This document shows, one piece after another, positions 25,635-38,956 of a DNA stretch of 64,000 nucleotides. Every line of letters starts with the position of its first letter. Position 1 is the first letter of the stretch. The DNA comes from Balanoglossus misakiensis (Eukaryota; Animalia; Hemichordata): contig CM082577.2 of NCBI GenBank assembly GCA_040954595.2, positions 12,495,654 through 12,559,653 of the forward strand. Reading direction: 5' to 3'. Below the pieces are notes generated by a model. The model was given only the letters and a program-made list of their open reading frames with translations, did no database searches and was not told where the DNA came from. The translations under genes and the position numbers were made by a program.

Positions 25635-28437
25635 GCTAAAAGACAATAAGATCTGTTTCCAACTTCTCAAGACAAGTCAAAATCTGGTTGTTGTAAAAGT
25701 CATCAGCTGAAGTATGATACAAAATGTGCCGTTGTTCCAATGTTTGGCTTACTCTATTTTACAGAAGAGAGTTCTGCTGAATCTGGTGTAGATGTTTTCT
25801 TCTCTGGCGAATTTGAAAGACTGGGTGAGCAGCATACCTCTTTTAGGTATGAATTTGGAGATTGAAAAGAAGTCGTTGGGGGAAAAAGACAGGAAGATCT
25901 ATTTGCTACTTGTCAATGCAAGTCAAAAACTGGTTCTTATGAAAGTCACAAACCAATAAAGATTGGATGATCCATTGCCAATGTCTAATGTCAGAATCTG
26001 GTGGCCATGAAAGTTACAAAGCAAAATGATTGTATGATCCATTTCCCATCTCTAATTAAAGCCATGAAGTCTCCACATTGGATTCAGTAAAGATAACATC
26101 ATTTGAAGTCACAGTTTTTCTATGAGTAAATACATGATGAGTTTTGGAGCATTGTCCATGAATAATTAGTAATTCTGGTCTGTTGTGGGTATTTCTGACT
26201 TGAATGTGTTTTTCCAGGTCATATCTGAAAGTCAATGTTGTAGGATTTCTATATTCAAGTTGGTTTTTGTCGTTTCAGTCAGCTGTGACTCTCAATTGTG
26301 CATTTTCCCATAGTCCAACTGCTGACCATGTTTCCAACCAATAAGTCACTGTTTTTTTGCTGAGGTTTGGGAAAGTTGGTGGTAAATGGTTTCAGATCAG
26401 TAACACTTCTGTTCCACATCAATATGACTGCATTGACATACCAAGGGGGAACCTATTGAAATGACTGGGGAAGATCATGCAGTAATTATTGATCCAGATG
26501 CTGTCCATAACAAAAACAGTGTAGGTGAAACCACGGCAGTTTAAACACATGACTTACCCAGTAAGTTGTACATACCAATCATCAATGTGCATTGTTTATA
26601 TCATCTTCATACATGTATGACATATTCTGTCTCCTTTTTTCCTGGAAACACTGCAGTAGTCTTCACATGGCATTTTTATTCCCAAGTATGGGTCTAATTA
26701 TTCTGGTGGTGCCTTATGGATTTTTGTTCACTTGCTCTCACAGCCTAAGTTTAAAATGGTTGTATTAGTGTTTTGGTATTGTTTTGAGTTGTTGTTTTAT
26801 GGCCAAAGTTTCTGTTGGATTTCTGTTCTGGTAGTTGTCATTTCAGTGAGCTATGATCCTGTTGTAGATTTTCCTGAAGCTTTCTGTCAACTGCTGAACA
26901 TGTTTCCAAGTAACAGATAAAACCAGGAATTGGAAGGCACATACAAACTTTACTTAGTGACCATATAGGCAGCCATACACATACACATATTCCATTGTAG
27001 TACGTTGCTCGTCCACACATATTAATTTCGTTAGTACAGTATCCTTTTCACATATGACTTTATTCTGCAACACTGCAGTAATATGTGTGCACAATTTTTT
27101 TAAATTCCAGAGTAGATCTTATTAAAGTGGGCCTTATAGATATTTGTTCACATGCCCTGACAGTCTGAACTGTAAATGGCCTGTAACTTTGGGTATTTGT
27201 TTGAGGTTTTGTTTGATGACAAAACTTACTATAGTACTTACCATACAAGCTGAGATAGAGAACTAATGAATATTAAACAATAAATAATAATTTCTCTCCA
27301 TTAGTTTGTCGATTTGCCAGACGGACTGTGATGATCATGAAATCAACAGAAATCAATCATTCATAAAAACACATTTCATTGTCATATGTGCAAAGATCAG
27401 TTACAAAGTCAGGTTGTGTGTGAACCAGAAAATAGAACTTCTTCAACTCATTACGAAATGTCATAAGCTCCCAATTATGTAATGTTATGTAATGTATATC
27501 AGTTGGAGCTTTTGAGATCTGTTGGCATTGATTGTCTATATGAAGCATACATTATAGTCTTATTTTTATTTTTTTTAATCATGACTTGAAATTGGCAGTA
27601 CTTTTTAACCAGACATTTCAAGTGTATGAATGGTTGAGTTTTAAACTATTATCTGTATATATTGTAAATATTACATTTTCATTCCATTATCTTGTCAAAA
27701 TTTGTTTTCAGACTGCATTTTTTATCAATCAGAATTTTTTAGTAGGCAATTTTATTGAAGTTGAATTTTCATTTCTACAGTGGTGAGTACATCGTTTATA
27801 ATGACTTGTTTATAATTGTTTTATTGTTTTGAGTGGTACAGTAGAATTGAATCCACCATTGCACTTTTATGAACTTTAATATTTTTGAATTTCTTTTAAC
27901 ATTCAATATTATTTACAATGATGTACATTGTAGCAGTTACAACTTTGTGTCTACTTGGACTTGCTAGCAACTGTGTTGTATGGGACCCGTACCTTCAGCT
28001 GTAGATGAGATTACCTTTACCCTTTAATCTGTTCTGTTTATTTTATTTTTTATGTTTATTTTTGTTAAGTTTAATACATTTTTGTTTAGTATTACAAATG
28101 GTTTTTATAATTATCACATTCTAAATATACATTCTAAATATAAATTCAGCAATCATGTTTTAATTTGTGTTGTTTACTTTTATTTAGGTTTATCATTTAA
28201 AATTTATTTTTTATTAGTATTACATATACCGTAGTAGTCAAATTATGATCATTATTTAATTTTTTTATGTCTTGGTTCAAAGCATGTTATGAATTGTGCA
28301 CGCAAGTTTTACATTGTGTTTATTTTTTTTCAAGTTTATTCATTTATTAATGATAGAAACTTGTTTGTTTATTATTGCATAAAGCATTAAATGTTCATCA
28401 TTATTACATTATTTGTCTAGTTTATTTTATTTGAGGA

Positions 28438-31400
28438 TTTGGTTAAAAGGTAAAAATTGATAACTTTTGAAATTATCAGTTATTTTTCTTTCATTTGATG
28501 GGCTATTGATGTTTGTCTACTCTATGAAACATGTTCAATGGCTAGTTGTTACAATTCAACTCACACCCTGTACTTGAATATAACCTGCAATATAATTTTT
28601 GGTACAGACCAAATATTAAATGATGGAAGAATTTATGTGTAATATCCATGTATGGGGTTTGTAGTGAGTTGTGAAAATTGGTCAATGAGCATGTTTCAGG
28701 GAGTAGAACATAAAAAGCCTATCTAAATAATCTAAAATAAGCAAAATAATGTCAAAAGTTAGTGACTTTGTTCCTTTATGTGTGAAATAATTGTTTGAAT
28801 GGAATCGAACAGTACACTGGAGTTTGAGCAGAATATCCACTAACCGCAGAGAATTTACCAACTCTCTACAAGCAAGCTCACTCTATATTCACCCCCACAC
28901 AAACAGTTCCACATAAACACATCATGCATGAGATGATGCCAAAGTCAACAAAAACCACTGACTTGGTCAGGTTTTACACATAATCACAACCAGTCCTTCA
29001 AATCTGAAATACTTGCCATAAGACCAAATTTTAATGACTGCAAATTAACCTGTCTCAAAACTATAATGTTTTCAATTTTATCTGAAAAAAAAAATATTTT
29101 GGATTTAGTACATCCAATCAAATCACTATAATCCCCAAAATTGAATCCAGGTTCAGTTGTGATTAGCGCCCTCATGTGGTCATATTATCACTGAAGTAAT
29201 CTTTCGTATGACATTTACATACACATCAATTGATTGAGCAAAAACATGACTTAGAATGTTTTTCTTTTAAAACTTTCACTTATCTACAGTCCACAGAAAC
29301 AAGTTTAATGAACAGATAGGGTTGGAGCATCTGTCTATAGGCTCGATCAAACTGATCCCAAGGGTAATACAGCCACTAGATGACCATGAAGAAGAGAAAT
29401 GTCAGAAGATCCTATAGAGGGCGTCTGTTGGTTAATGTTTAACAGACTGCTGTTACTGGAAGCAAGATGTGATAGGGTGCAAGCTGGAGGCTGGATTTTG
29501 AAGAGATCTACCAGAACTAAAAGTAAGTGTTTTCTTGCTACTGCGATCTATAATTCTTGATAAATCTGGAAAATAAGTGCATGAGGAATTATTAGAATTT
29601 CAATAATAGTTTAAACGGTAAATCTACTTGTGTTCAGGGGTCACCTGGGGACACTTTTACTAAAAGTTTTATTACCTATTTCCTTGTACTAAATTTGGGA
29701 TCAGGAAAACATACGTAGCGATAGAAGACAAATAGAATCATTTTTAGTAATTTGAATTGTTCTGCTAAATTCATAGTCTGGACTGGAATCATTATGAGAT
29801 CTGAAAGTAGTTGAAATTTGTGATTGAATTCATTACAGTGACGTAACTTCTCAGCCCATAGCCTTACCACTAGCGAGTAACAGGTAGTCATAAGGGACCG
29901 TTCAGTTTATAATAAAAAAGTAAACAAAAAAACAGGAAAACATTTTAAAAATACAAATAAAATTATGAAACTAAATTATCTAGATTTGGTGATTTGATTG
30001 GATGTACTAAATCCAAAATGTAGATTTGGTTTAAAGGTAAAAATTGATAACTTTTGAAATTATCAGTTATTTTTCTTTCATTTGATGGGCTATTGATGTT
30101 TGTCTACTCTATGAAACATGTTCAATGGCTAGTTGTTACAATTCAACTCACACCCTGTACTTGAATATAACCTGCAATATAATTTTTGGTACAGACCAAA
30201 TATTAAATGATTGAAGAATTTATGTGTAATATCCATGTATGGGGTTTGTAGTGAGTTGTGAAAATTGGTCAATGAGCATGTTTCAGGGAGTAGAACATAA
30301 AAAGCCTATCTAAATAATCTAAAATAAGCAAAATAATGTCAAAAGTTAGTGACTTTGTTCCTTTATGTGTGAAATAATTGTTTGAATGGAATCGAACAGT
30401 ACACTGGAGTTTGAGCAGAATATCCACTAACCGCAGAGAATTTACCAACTCTCTACAAGCAAGCTCACTCTATATTCACCCCCACACAAACAGTTCCACA
30501 TAAACACATCATGCATGAGATGATGCCAAAGTCAACAAAAACCACTGACTTGGTCAGGTTTTACACATAATCACAACCAGTCCTTCAAATCTGAAATACT
30601 TGCCATAAGACCAAATTTTAATGACTGCAAATTAACCTGTCTCAAAACTATAATGTTTTCAATTTTATCTGAAAAAAAAATATTTTGGATTTAGTACATC
30701 CAATCAAATCACTATAATCCCCAAAATTGAATCCAGGTTCAGTTGTGATTAGCGCCCTCATGTGGTCATAATATCACTGAAGTAATCTTTCGTATGACAT
30801 TTACATACACATCAATTGATTGAGCAAAAACATGACTTAGAATGTTTTTCTTTTAAAACTTTCACTTATCTACAGTCCACAGAAACAAGTTTAATGAACA
30901 GATAGGGTTGGAGCATCTGTCTATAGGCTCGATCAAACTGATCCCAAGGGTAATACAGCCACTAGATGACCATGAAGAAGAGAAATGTCAGAAGATCCTA
31001 TAGAGGGCGTCTGTTGGTTAATGTTTAACAGACTGCTGTTACTGGAAGCAAGATGTGATAGGGTGCAAGCTGGAGGCTGGATTTTGAAGAGATCTACCAG
31101 AACTAAAAGTAAGTGTTTTCTTGCTACTGCGATCTATAATTCTTGATAAATCTGGAAAATAAGTGCATGAGGAATTATTAGAATTTCAATAATAGTTTAA
31201 ACGGTAAATCTACTTGTGTTCAGGGGTCACCTGGGGACACTTTTACTAAAAGTTTTATTACCTATTTCCTTGTACTAAATTTGGGATCAGGAAAACATAC
31301 GTAGCGATAGAAGACAAATAGTATCATTTTTAGTAATTTGAATTGTTCTGCTAAATTCATAGTCTGGACTGGAATCATTATGAGATCTGAAAGTAGTTGA

Positions 31401-31497
31401 AATTTGTGATTGAATTCATTACAGTGACGTAACTTCTCAGCCCATAGCCTTACCACTAGCGAGTAACAGGTAGTCATAAGGGACCGTTCAGTTTATA
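28438..31497 (+). repeat. Near-identical tandem duplication, period 1586 bp (28438-29910 / 30024-31497)
   Basis: Two nearly identical copies. ORFs at 29676 and 31262 translate identically. Confidence 0.93.
30850..31114 (+). promoter_or_regulatory. Putative promoter and non-coding first exon of gene A (copies at about 29265-29528 and 49825-50089)
   Basis: Conserved block ending in donor AA|GTAAGT (31109; also 29523 and 50084), upstream of the ATG-containing exon that begins at an acceptor. Confidence 0.45.
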
Positions 31498-32215
31498 CGG
31501 CCGGGGGGGGGGCAAGTTTGTGTCATCGGTTTTCAAAATCAGGCCGACCCAGCCCCGCACCCCTTCACCCAGGAGCAAAAAATGATGACCCCCCCTTTGA
31601 CAGACCCAAAAATATGATGACCCCACCAGACCTCAATTATAAATTTCTTAAAGTAATTGAAGTATATAATAGTATATCGTTGCAATAAAGAAATCTATGA
31701 ACAAATGAAAATGACAAGTCATTACAATAGTTGCTAGAATTGGTAAAGAAAAGTGGTGGGGGTTGGTGTGGGAGGGGGTGTCCCCCTCCCCCTCCCACAT
31801 AAGACAATTTTGTAAAATACGGTGCTCAAAGTTGCATTTTAATGAACTCAAAAGCAAATTAACTCAATGTTAAGGAGGACAAATTTTAATTTTGCCACTC
31901 CACTCAAAGTAAGCATCTGGGGTGGGGTGGCAAGAAGTCTGCCCTGGTACACTAGACAAACCAGTGAATATATCCAATGTGGCGAAGAATGGAGGGGATG
32001 GGTGTGGGATGGGGTGTCCCCCTCCCACATAAGAAAATTTTGTAAAATTAAGGGTGCGAAACTGCAATTTTGTGGACTCAAAAGCAAAAGTTCCCCCCTA
32101 AACGTTTAAAAAACCCAGATGACCCCCCCCCTTTTGGACTTCAAAATTTACGTGACCCCCCCCCCTGGATTTTGTCCCCCCCTCCTCCCCCCGGCCATAA
32201 AAACTGAACCGTCCC
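31480..32215. mobile_element. PIF/Harbinger-type MITE
   Basis: TAA TSD, TIR GGGACCGTTCAGTTT / AAACTGAACCGTCCC. Absent from the paralogous site near 50495. Confidence 0.85.
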
Positions 32216-33603
32216 TAATGATATTCAGCCAGTCCCTCGGCTGGGTGTTTTGTGTACACCACACAGCTAGCCGAGGGGAGTGGACTATGGACCTCAGCTC
32301 AGGTGTCGATCAATTTTCAAGTAGTGGACTAGCTGTATTTTCCCAACGGCCACAGGAGTAGAAGTCTGAGGCCTGACAAATTCTTTTGTTTATAGTCACA
32401 TGGGAACAGGTCGTTTCGGCCCCAAAGTTTTACGGCCCAAGTCGTTTCGGCATTTACCAGCGTAGCCCCTCTACTGTAAGTTGTTACTAATAACCCAACA
32501 AAAACACTGCATTTAAAGCTGAACGTTATACGATTTTTTTTCCTTCCTTAAGAATGCGTTATGTGTATGTGGAACAGAAGTTTACAGAACCCATGTACCG
32601 GTATATTTTACATAATGAATGATATCAGATGGTTGCCATCGATTGTGTTTATCGCTGGTATGAATTTGCACTTTCCCAATCCCGTCTGCTTGATTTTTAC
32701 TTTGCAAGCGTTAACACTATTACATGTACTTTTATAACAGTCTAAGGAAAAATACATACATTTTACTAAATGTAACTCAATGCTGCCGATAAGTGTGTAG
32801 CATGGTCTAAAATGAGGTATGTGTTTTGGAGGAAATGGTCTAAAATGGGGTATGGTTTTTTGGAGGAAATTGTCTAAGATGGGATCTGATTTTTGCAGTG
32901 CCGGCCTCACACCCATATAATTTCTTTAGGCAAGTACCCCCACCATCCCCCAACACCCCCACCCACCCCTGGGGCTGATTAACCTCACGGAATTTATCAT
33001 CTACATGCAGTGTGTCCTCTAACAAACTTAATTTTAAAAGCTTTGAGTCAATTTGAGAATTTCTGAAAATTTCTCTGAGTCAGCCCTATACCTTTACATG
33101 TATTCTTGAGTCACCAGTGAGTTTGTTGAGTTAGTGGCGCGTCATTTTTTTTCTTAAAGGGCACACTGTCTACATGTACAAGTATATGCATGGGATTATC
33201 TGCAACACAAGTCGACATCTTCGTTCCATACACTTTTTTCGTAATTACTTTTATTTACTTCCACATTTATTAATTTTAAAATGGTTGGTGTCAGTAGGCA
33301 AACTTTTGGGTAAAACTGATTCAATTCGGACTTGGTACAAAGATAACATATGTGATATTTATGTCACTTTTAGTAATCCAAAATTATGTCTATCTAGCGA
33401 CTAATTTTAACAATTTTTGTCATTGAAGTGACTTAAATTATTCATCCAAAATTGAGCTTTTTATTTTACCCCAGCCCTTCAGCACAGGTATAACATTACC
33501 AAATGTACAGCCATACTCAATTTACCAAATATTCTTTTAACAGGTACATAGCAGCTGATGTTACTTGAGCAGTGGTATGTTATTCTGATGAATCCATATT
33601 GAC

Positions 33604-34703
33604 ATGGCATCTTTGCAAGCAGAAGACTGTCCAAAAACACCTACAATGTCAAATCTAGATCTGTTCAAGGTGTATCTTCTTGAACTGGCAAAGGAAATAA
33701 GCCAAGGTGGGTAGATCTGTGTGTACAGTTGTTTTCAGAACTCAGACTGTACAGAAATAAGGTCAATTTGTCATTCCTACATGTAACGACTAGGATATGA
33801 TTCCAATTTTTCAGAGCGAGACCCATTACTCAGAGAAATTGCACCCAAAATTAACTACTGCACAAGAGTGTAGATTTTATTTCACATAACAGTTTATACA
33901 TTGTACCAATCATTTTTTGCTGACAACTATAATTGTTTCATGTCCAGAGCAGTTACTCTGAGACATAAAATTCTTGAACTGTCAAGTGTCAGTGTGAATT
34001 TATGCCATATGTGTTTTATAATATGATCATGGCATCCATTATGGCTGACAGACTATGTTTGATGATGACATCCCCATTGTTAATGTACAATTTAACTTTT
34101 AAACCTGATTCAGAAACGTTTGAATTTAGCCAATAAGACATCAGTACAGTAGGTCATAGTGCAATGAGGAAAAAGATTGTTTAATTCTCTTTTTTTTCTT
34201 CCTCAAAGATGACCTGTGTAGCTTGGTAGAAGCACTGGATGCTGTTGAGAATCCATCAATCCCTGAAAGTGTATCAGACGAAATTTTGAAATATGATCGT
34301 CCGTACGGTTTGTTTAAAAAATTATGTGACTATGGACATTTATCAAGGGACAATCCTGAAACTCTTATTTATCTGTTGAAAACTGCCAAACTTTACATGT
34401 TGGCGAAGCATGTAGAAGTTCGATATGAGAAAAGCTTTGACAAAGACTGTCCATATGAGGAAGTGACAAGAGAAGTAGAGTCTAGGATGAAAGCTGATAG
34501 CCAGAAACAGATAAGTGACAGAAGTGGAGAGAGTTTGCCAACATTTCCATCTGAGAGGACCTCACCAGGAAAACAGTTACCATCTCCCTCACAGCATCCA
34601 AGTCCCTCTGGAGAAGTACAGTCAATGCCATCAACTCGTCCCAAGATTCCAGCACTGACAGCCACTCATTCCAAGACTCAAATATCCACCACAGAATCTC
34701 ATG
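33604..34703 (+). CDS. Gene A exons 33604-33706 and 34209-34703: N-terminal death effector domain (DED) plus Pro/Ser linker
   Basis: ATG at 33604, phase-1 GT-AG join gives LFKVYLLELAKEISQDDLCSL...LFKKLCDYGHLSRDNPETLIYLL, a DED-like pattern. Confidence 0.8.
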
Positions 34704-35509
34704 GTAAGCTCTTGGCAAGTTAGGTAGCGGTAACATTTTTTTGAGTGGGTATTTTTGACACATTCATAAAAAAATTGCGTCAAACTCCTTTCAGCCTACA
34801 TCGTACACCTGTCTAGTTCAATATTTATTAAACAAAATCAGCAACATTTCGAGTACAAAGTTCACGCGCCCTGGAGGTTGTTTTGATCCCAGACCCACTG
34901 AGCTATTTTTAGACATATAGTCAGCCGGTAAGTGTACAGTTTATGTTGACCATTGTGCAAATAGATCGGCTGTTTCCTATGTGTCAATATTGACGCACTG
35001 ATGATTAATATTTTTGTGTCAAGTGAGTATTTTGTGTGTCAAATACATTATAATTTTGCACAACAAGACCTCTGACTACATGTAGTAGCATTTTACAAGT
35101 ACCATATATTTTATATACATTTTTCAAAAATTAAACATAAATTAAATAATTTTGATTTTGAAAGATATGAAAAGATGGAAACAAATTAGTCTATCTTATT
35201 TTTCAGCTGGTCAAAGTGATTGAAACACAGGTTATCAGACCTTTTGAAAAAGTGCCAATTGTGCAGTTCAAATGTCATCGCCGGTTAGATGCTCTTCTCA
35301 TTAATCACAGAAAGTGTTTTATTACCATTCTACGTAATGACTATAAGCATATAAAGTAAAATGAAAATTTAATTTTGAATAGAAAAATAGGTAGTCGAAC
35401 ATTAGGAGCAGTCAAACACTTAGAGTGCTTGTGGTAATTGAAATATATTTTGAAGAGAATTCAACAGACACAAATTAATTCACACATGTTTACTTTTCAA
35501 ATACTTCAG

Positions 35510-35737
35510 GTATGTCATATGTCGGTGATGTTGCTGCTAGCAGTGCAGTTAGTTCAGCTGAAACACAGAAAGAGATGACAACAATGATGAAAGATCCAGA
35601 AGGTGAAACCACAAGTGTACAACACCACATAGACATACATGATTTACGTCGTGCACTGTATCCCTTGATGGCAAGACTGCATTCATCATCACCTCTGCAA
35701 CAAACTGATTCAGTAGTTATGGACACTAATGAGAAAG
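35510..35737 (+). CDS. Gene A linker exon (phase 1-1)
   Basis: AG/GT boundaries, open frame, paralogue at 53512-53739. Confidence 0.8.
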
Positions 35738-36073
35738 GTAAGGTTCTTTACAAAAATATACTGGAGCACTTTAACCAATCAGTGATACCCAGGTGCAAGT
35801 ATTGACAGCTACACATGTACATGTACCAGCACCATTATATTCATACTCATCAATCATAAGTAATATGGAGAATTATCTTGCATTACCAGTGTGGGATAGG
35901 AATTTGTGGACATGAAATTCTCACAACCAAATCTATGCAGCATGATTAAAAAAAATAGAAAACAAAATCTGCTTCTGTCATATGGCTGTGTAAGTTTGCA
36001 CTTTCTTCACAAATTCATAATCATCACAAATAGGTTTGCATTGCAAATCAATAAACACATCTTCCTTTTTCAG

Positions 36074-37291
36074 ATATGGACCTCAAACCGACCATTATAT
36101 TCCTGGCTGAAAAGTGGAATCGTGTGAAGGACACTGTATCTGCCCTCAACTGTCAACTTGCCAGCAGTGTAGCCGAAGACAGACAACGTAAAACATGTTG
36201 TGTTGTTTTGGAGGCAAGTGACGAAGAAAGGAAAGATGCAGCTGATTGTGGAGTTGAGTTGATACTTCCAAGTTTGAGAAAAGATGTGATTAAGAGATAT
36301 AAGAATGACACACCGAAGCCAGATTGGTTTCTTTCTCCAGAGACATTCTTCACAAATCTCACACAGTTACAGAATGTGAAGTACATTGTGGAACATGTCC
36401 AGTCTTCAACTTCATTGCTGGTGGCAAATGTCTTCAGAGATCGATATCATCATTTCAAAGCTGCCAATGTTGTACTAATAAATCATGCCATCACAGGATC
36501 GGATGAGATAAACAAAGACCACTTGAAATTTGCTGAGGAGGCATCTGCAATTTTCTCAATTGGACCTACTGTCTTTGAACATTACAAGAAACTCTACCAA
36601 ACAACCCAAATTCCAGTAAGACACGAATTGTATCTTCCAAGACCAGAGAAAGAATTCTTTGATCTTAATGTGGATCAGATACAAAAAACAAGTGACTTGA
36701 AACAAATCCTGACTGTGATAACTGATGAAGATTTGGAATCCACACGATATAAAACACTGGCAGCTGAAGTTGGAAAAACAGCCGGTACATTCAACCAGAT
36801 GCAAATGACGGTTCCATTGTGGTGTGTACGTACTCCCTCGGAAGCTGATGTTGCTGACACAAAGACTTTTCTTACAGACAACTTAAATTGCCCACTCATA
36901 GAACCAAACACTTATCCCTCATACGGCTCTCAAGATGATATTTACAGAGATTTACGTCAGAGTAATGTCTGTATTATACCACCTGATGAGCCATTTAGGA
37001 TGGAGGGATTACGATCCATTGCTGCAGGACTACCTGTGTTGGTTCCAGAAAGAACTGCCTTAGCAGCATTTATGAACACGTGCTTTGACCATGAAGCAAA
37101 GTATTTCCTGTATGACCCTTCTGTTGATGGGGAATTGTCAATACAGATCAATACGATGTTGAACACAACACATGCAATACCCATGGCGACACGTTTGAAG
37201 AATATGTATCTCAGTCACACAGAGATTACCGACAGTCATGAAAAGTTCAGAGCTTGTTTCAAAGAAGTTCAGAGTACACAGTCTGCACAAA
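36074..37291 (+). CDS. Gene A exon: GT-B fold, GT4 (Glycos_transf_1)-like domain
   Basis: FLAEKW...VSALNCQLA N-terminus, INH, FSIGP, and C-terminal EPFRMEGLRSIAAGLPVLV resembling EGFGLxxLEAxAxGLPV. Phase 1-1. Confidence 0.85.
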
Positions 37292-37574
37292 GTAAGTATT
37301 TTTCTTTTTTGCACACATAATCCAAAAACAAAAGTGAAATTTCACTTCAGATGATTTTAACAAGCAACACCTCATCCTGTTCCAGCAAAATGAAAGTGAA
37401 CTTGAAAAATGATGATGGTGTGACTTTTCTGTAACTCTTTTTTTGGAACAAATATTTTATAAAAAACAGTGAATGATTACATTGTGACAGGGAAGCATTT
37501 TAACAACTTGTAAATACAGGTAAAAGGTTGGAATACTTTTAGTTATTGTATTTTTGTTTCTTTTTTTCTACCAG

Positions 37575-38463
37575 TTCCAACACCTCAATCACAATTGCAG
37601 AATGGAAAGACTCCTTCAACTCATGAAGCTTTAGGAACTTTTGAAGATGGCCAGCCTCCCCAGTCGCTCTCACCAAAGCCAGAAAACCTGGGTAAGTACA
37701 CTTTATTTGATAAGTTGTAGGCTCCTGAAGATTAAAAAAACATGATTACAGAAACAAATGTTCATGAAATAAAGAAATAAAAAACTGGCCTTTTCCCCCT
37801 GCAATATGTAATTTGTAAATCTTCATATTTTTATTACAAGTAATCAGTCATTAAACTTTATTTTTCTGTTTTCTAGTGATAACGGTAAGTTCCAAATCAC
37901 CAGTCCACAGTGTAAAGAGTCCTTTAACTGATGAAGGTGTAGGAAGTTTTGAAAATGCCTATTCTTCCCAATCACTCTCACCCCAGCCACAGAACCCTGG
38001 TAAGTAGAGTTTGATTGCTTACTTTGATCGGACCCAGTAGTTTAAAAACTAATTACTTTGACAATTTTTAATAAATTTTTATCATTAAATGGGAAATAAC
38101 ATTGGCTTTTTTACATTTTCAGTTTAAGTTTCGTGTATTGAATGTTTTTTAATCAACTCTCTGTGTCGAACCAACCAATTTGTAACTTTCGGACAAATGT
38201 GGAAGTTAAGATACTCAAGATTGTCATAACTTTATGAAACTCATAATTACTGGTATATGCAACAATATATAATTTCCAGCTTTACCTGCTTGCCCATGTT
38301 ACTTGTGAAAAATGTGAAGGGTACTGCACTTTTCTGAACTAACTTTTGTTTTTAAACTTTATCCTTACAGGAAGTCCAGTATCTGCTGTTGTTTCAGATG
38401 ATAAACCAACAAGTGAAACTCACAAATCAAAACTGATACAACGGAAAAGGCCATTGATGCCAA
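37575..38463 (+). CDS. Gene A small linker exons 37575-37691, 37877-37999, 38371-38463
   Basis: Each is AG/GT-bounded, a multiple of 3 in length, phase 1-1 and open. Confidence 0.7.
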
Positions 38464-38956
38464 GTATGTTGTTTCCTGCCTTGTACTGTTTCATGATTTC
38501 ACAGATTATTCCCTTTTCCCATTACATCATCTATCAATCACTTATCCAGAACACCCAAGTTTCTAGGACAGTCACCCCCTGGACATTCACCCAGCAGACA
38601 CTTTATCTTATCCTGCCCCTAAATATCAAAACTGACTGGTGGCTTAGAGGAATGGTCATTTGCATGTTTTGATATCACATACACCACATTGGCAGTTGAT
38701 ATCACCTACTCAAAACACACATGAGCTCTGGAGCTCTGGAACTTAACATCATCAGACGCTGTACAATTCCTCTATTGAAAACGCATGGCTATTTTCAGTA
38801 GGGTTAAATTATATTACTCGTTTGGGAGATAAAATACAATTTGATCAGTAAGTTTATATCTGGATCATTTCATTTGTAGCATAATTAAAAGTCTGTCAGC
38901 AAATATAGTCACCCAGCTGGCAATTATTTCTGTTTCATTGTTTTTTCCACCCATAG

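Larger units (their letters stand above)
25330..38463 (+). repeat. Segmental duplication unit A (LRR tail, intergenic DNA, DED-GT exons); paralogous to about 45640-56823
   Basis: Collinear similarity of the tail, 3' flank, putative promoter and five coding exons. Several introns have diverged. Confidence 0.9.

Noticed and set aside
28886-28898. 13-bp match ATTCACCCCCACA to the BEL LTR end
   Set aside because: No further LTR similarity. Compatible with chance.
29676-31477. Two identical 71-aa minus-strand ORFs
   Set aside because: By-product of the 1586-bp duplication. The frame is not kept in the 50.3-kb paralogue.
32400-32975. Short repeats GTCGTTTCGGC and a C-rich end with ATGGTCTAAAATG repeats
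   Set aside because: Probably transposon-end remnants, but no paired TIR or TSD could be defined.
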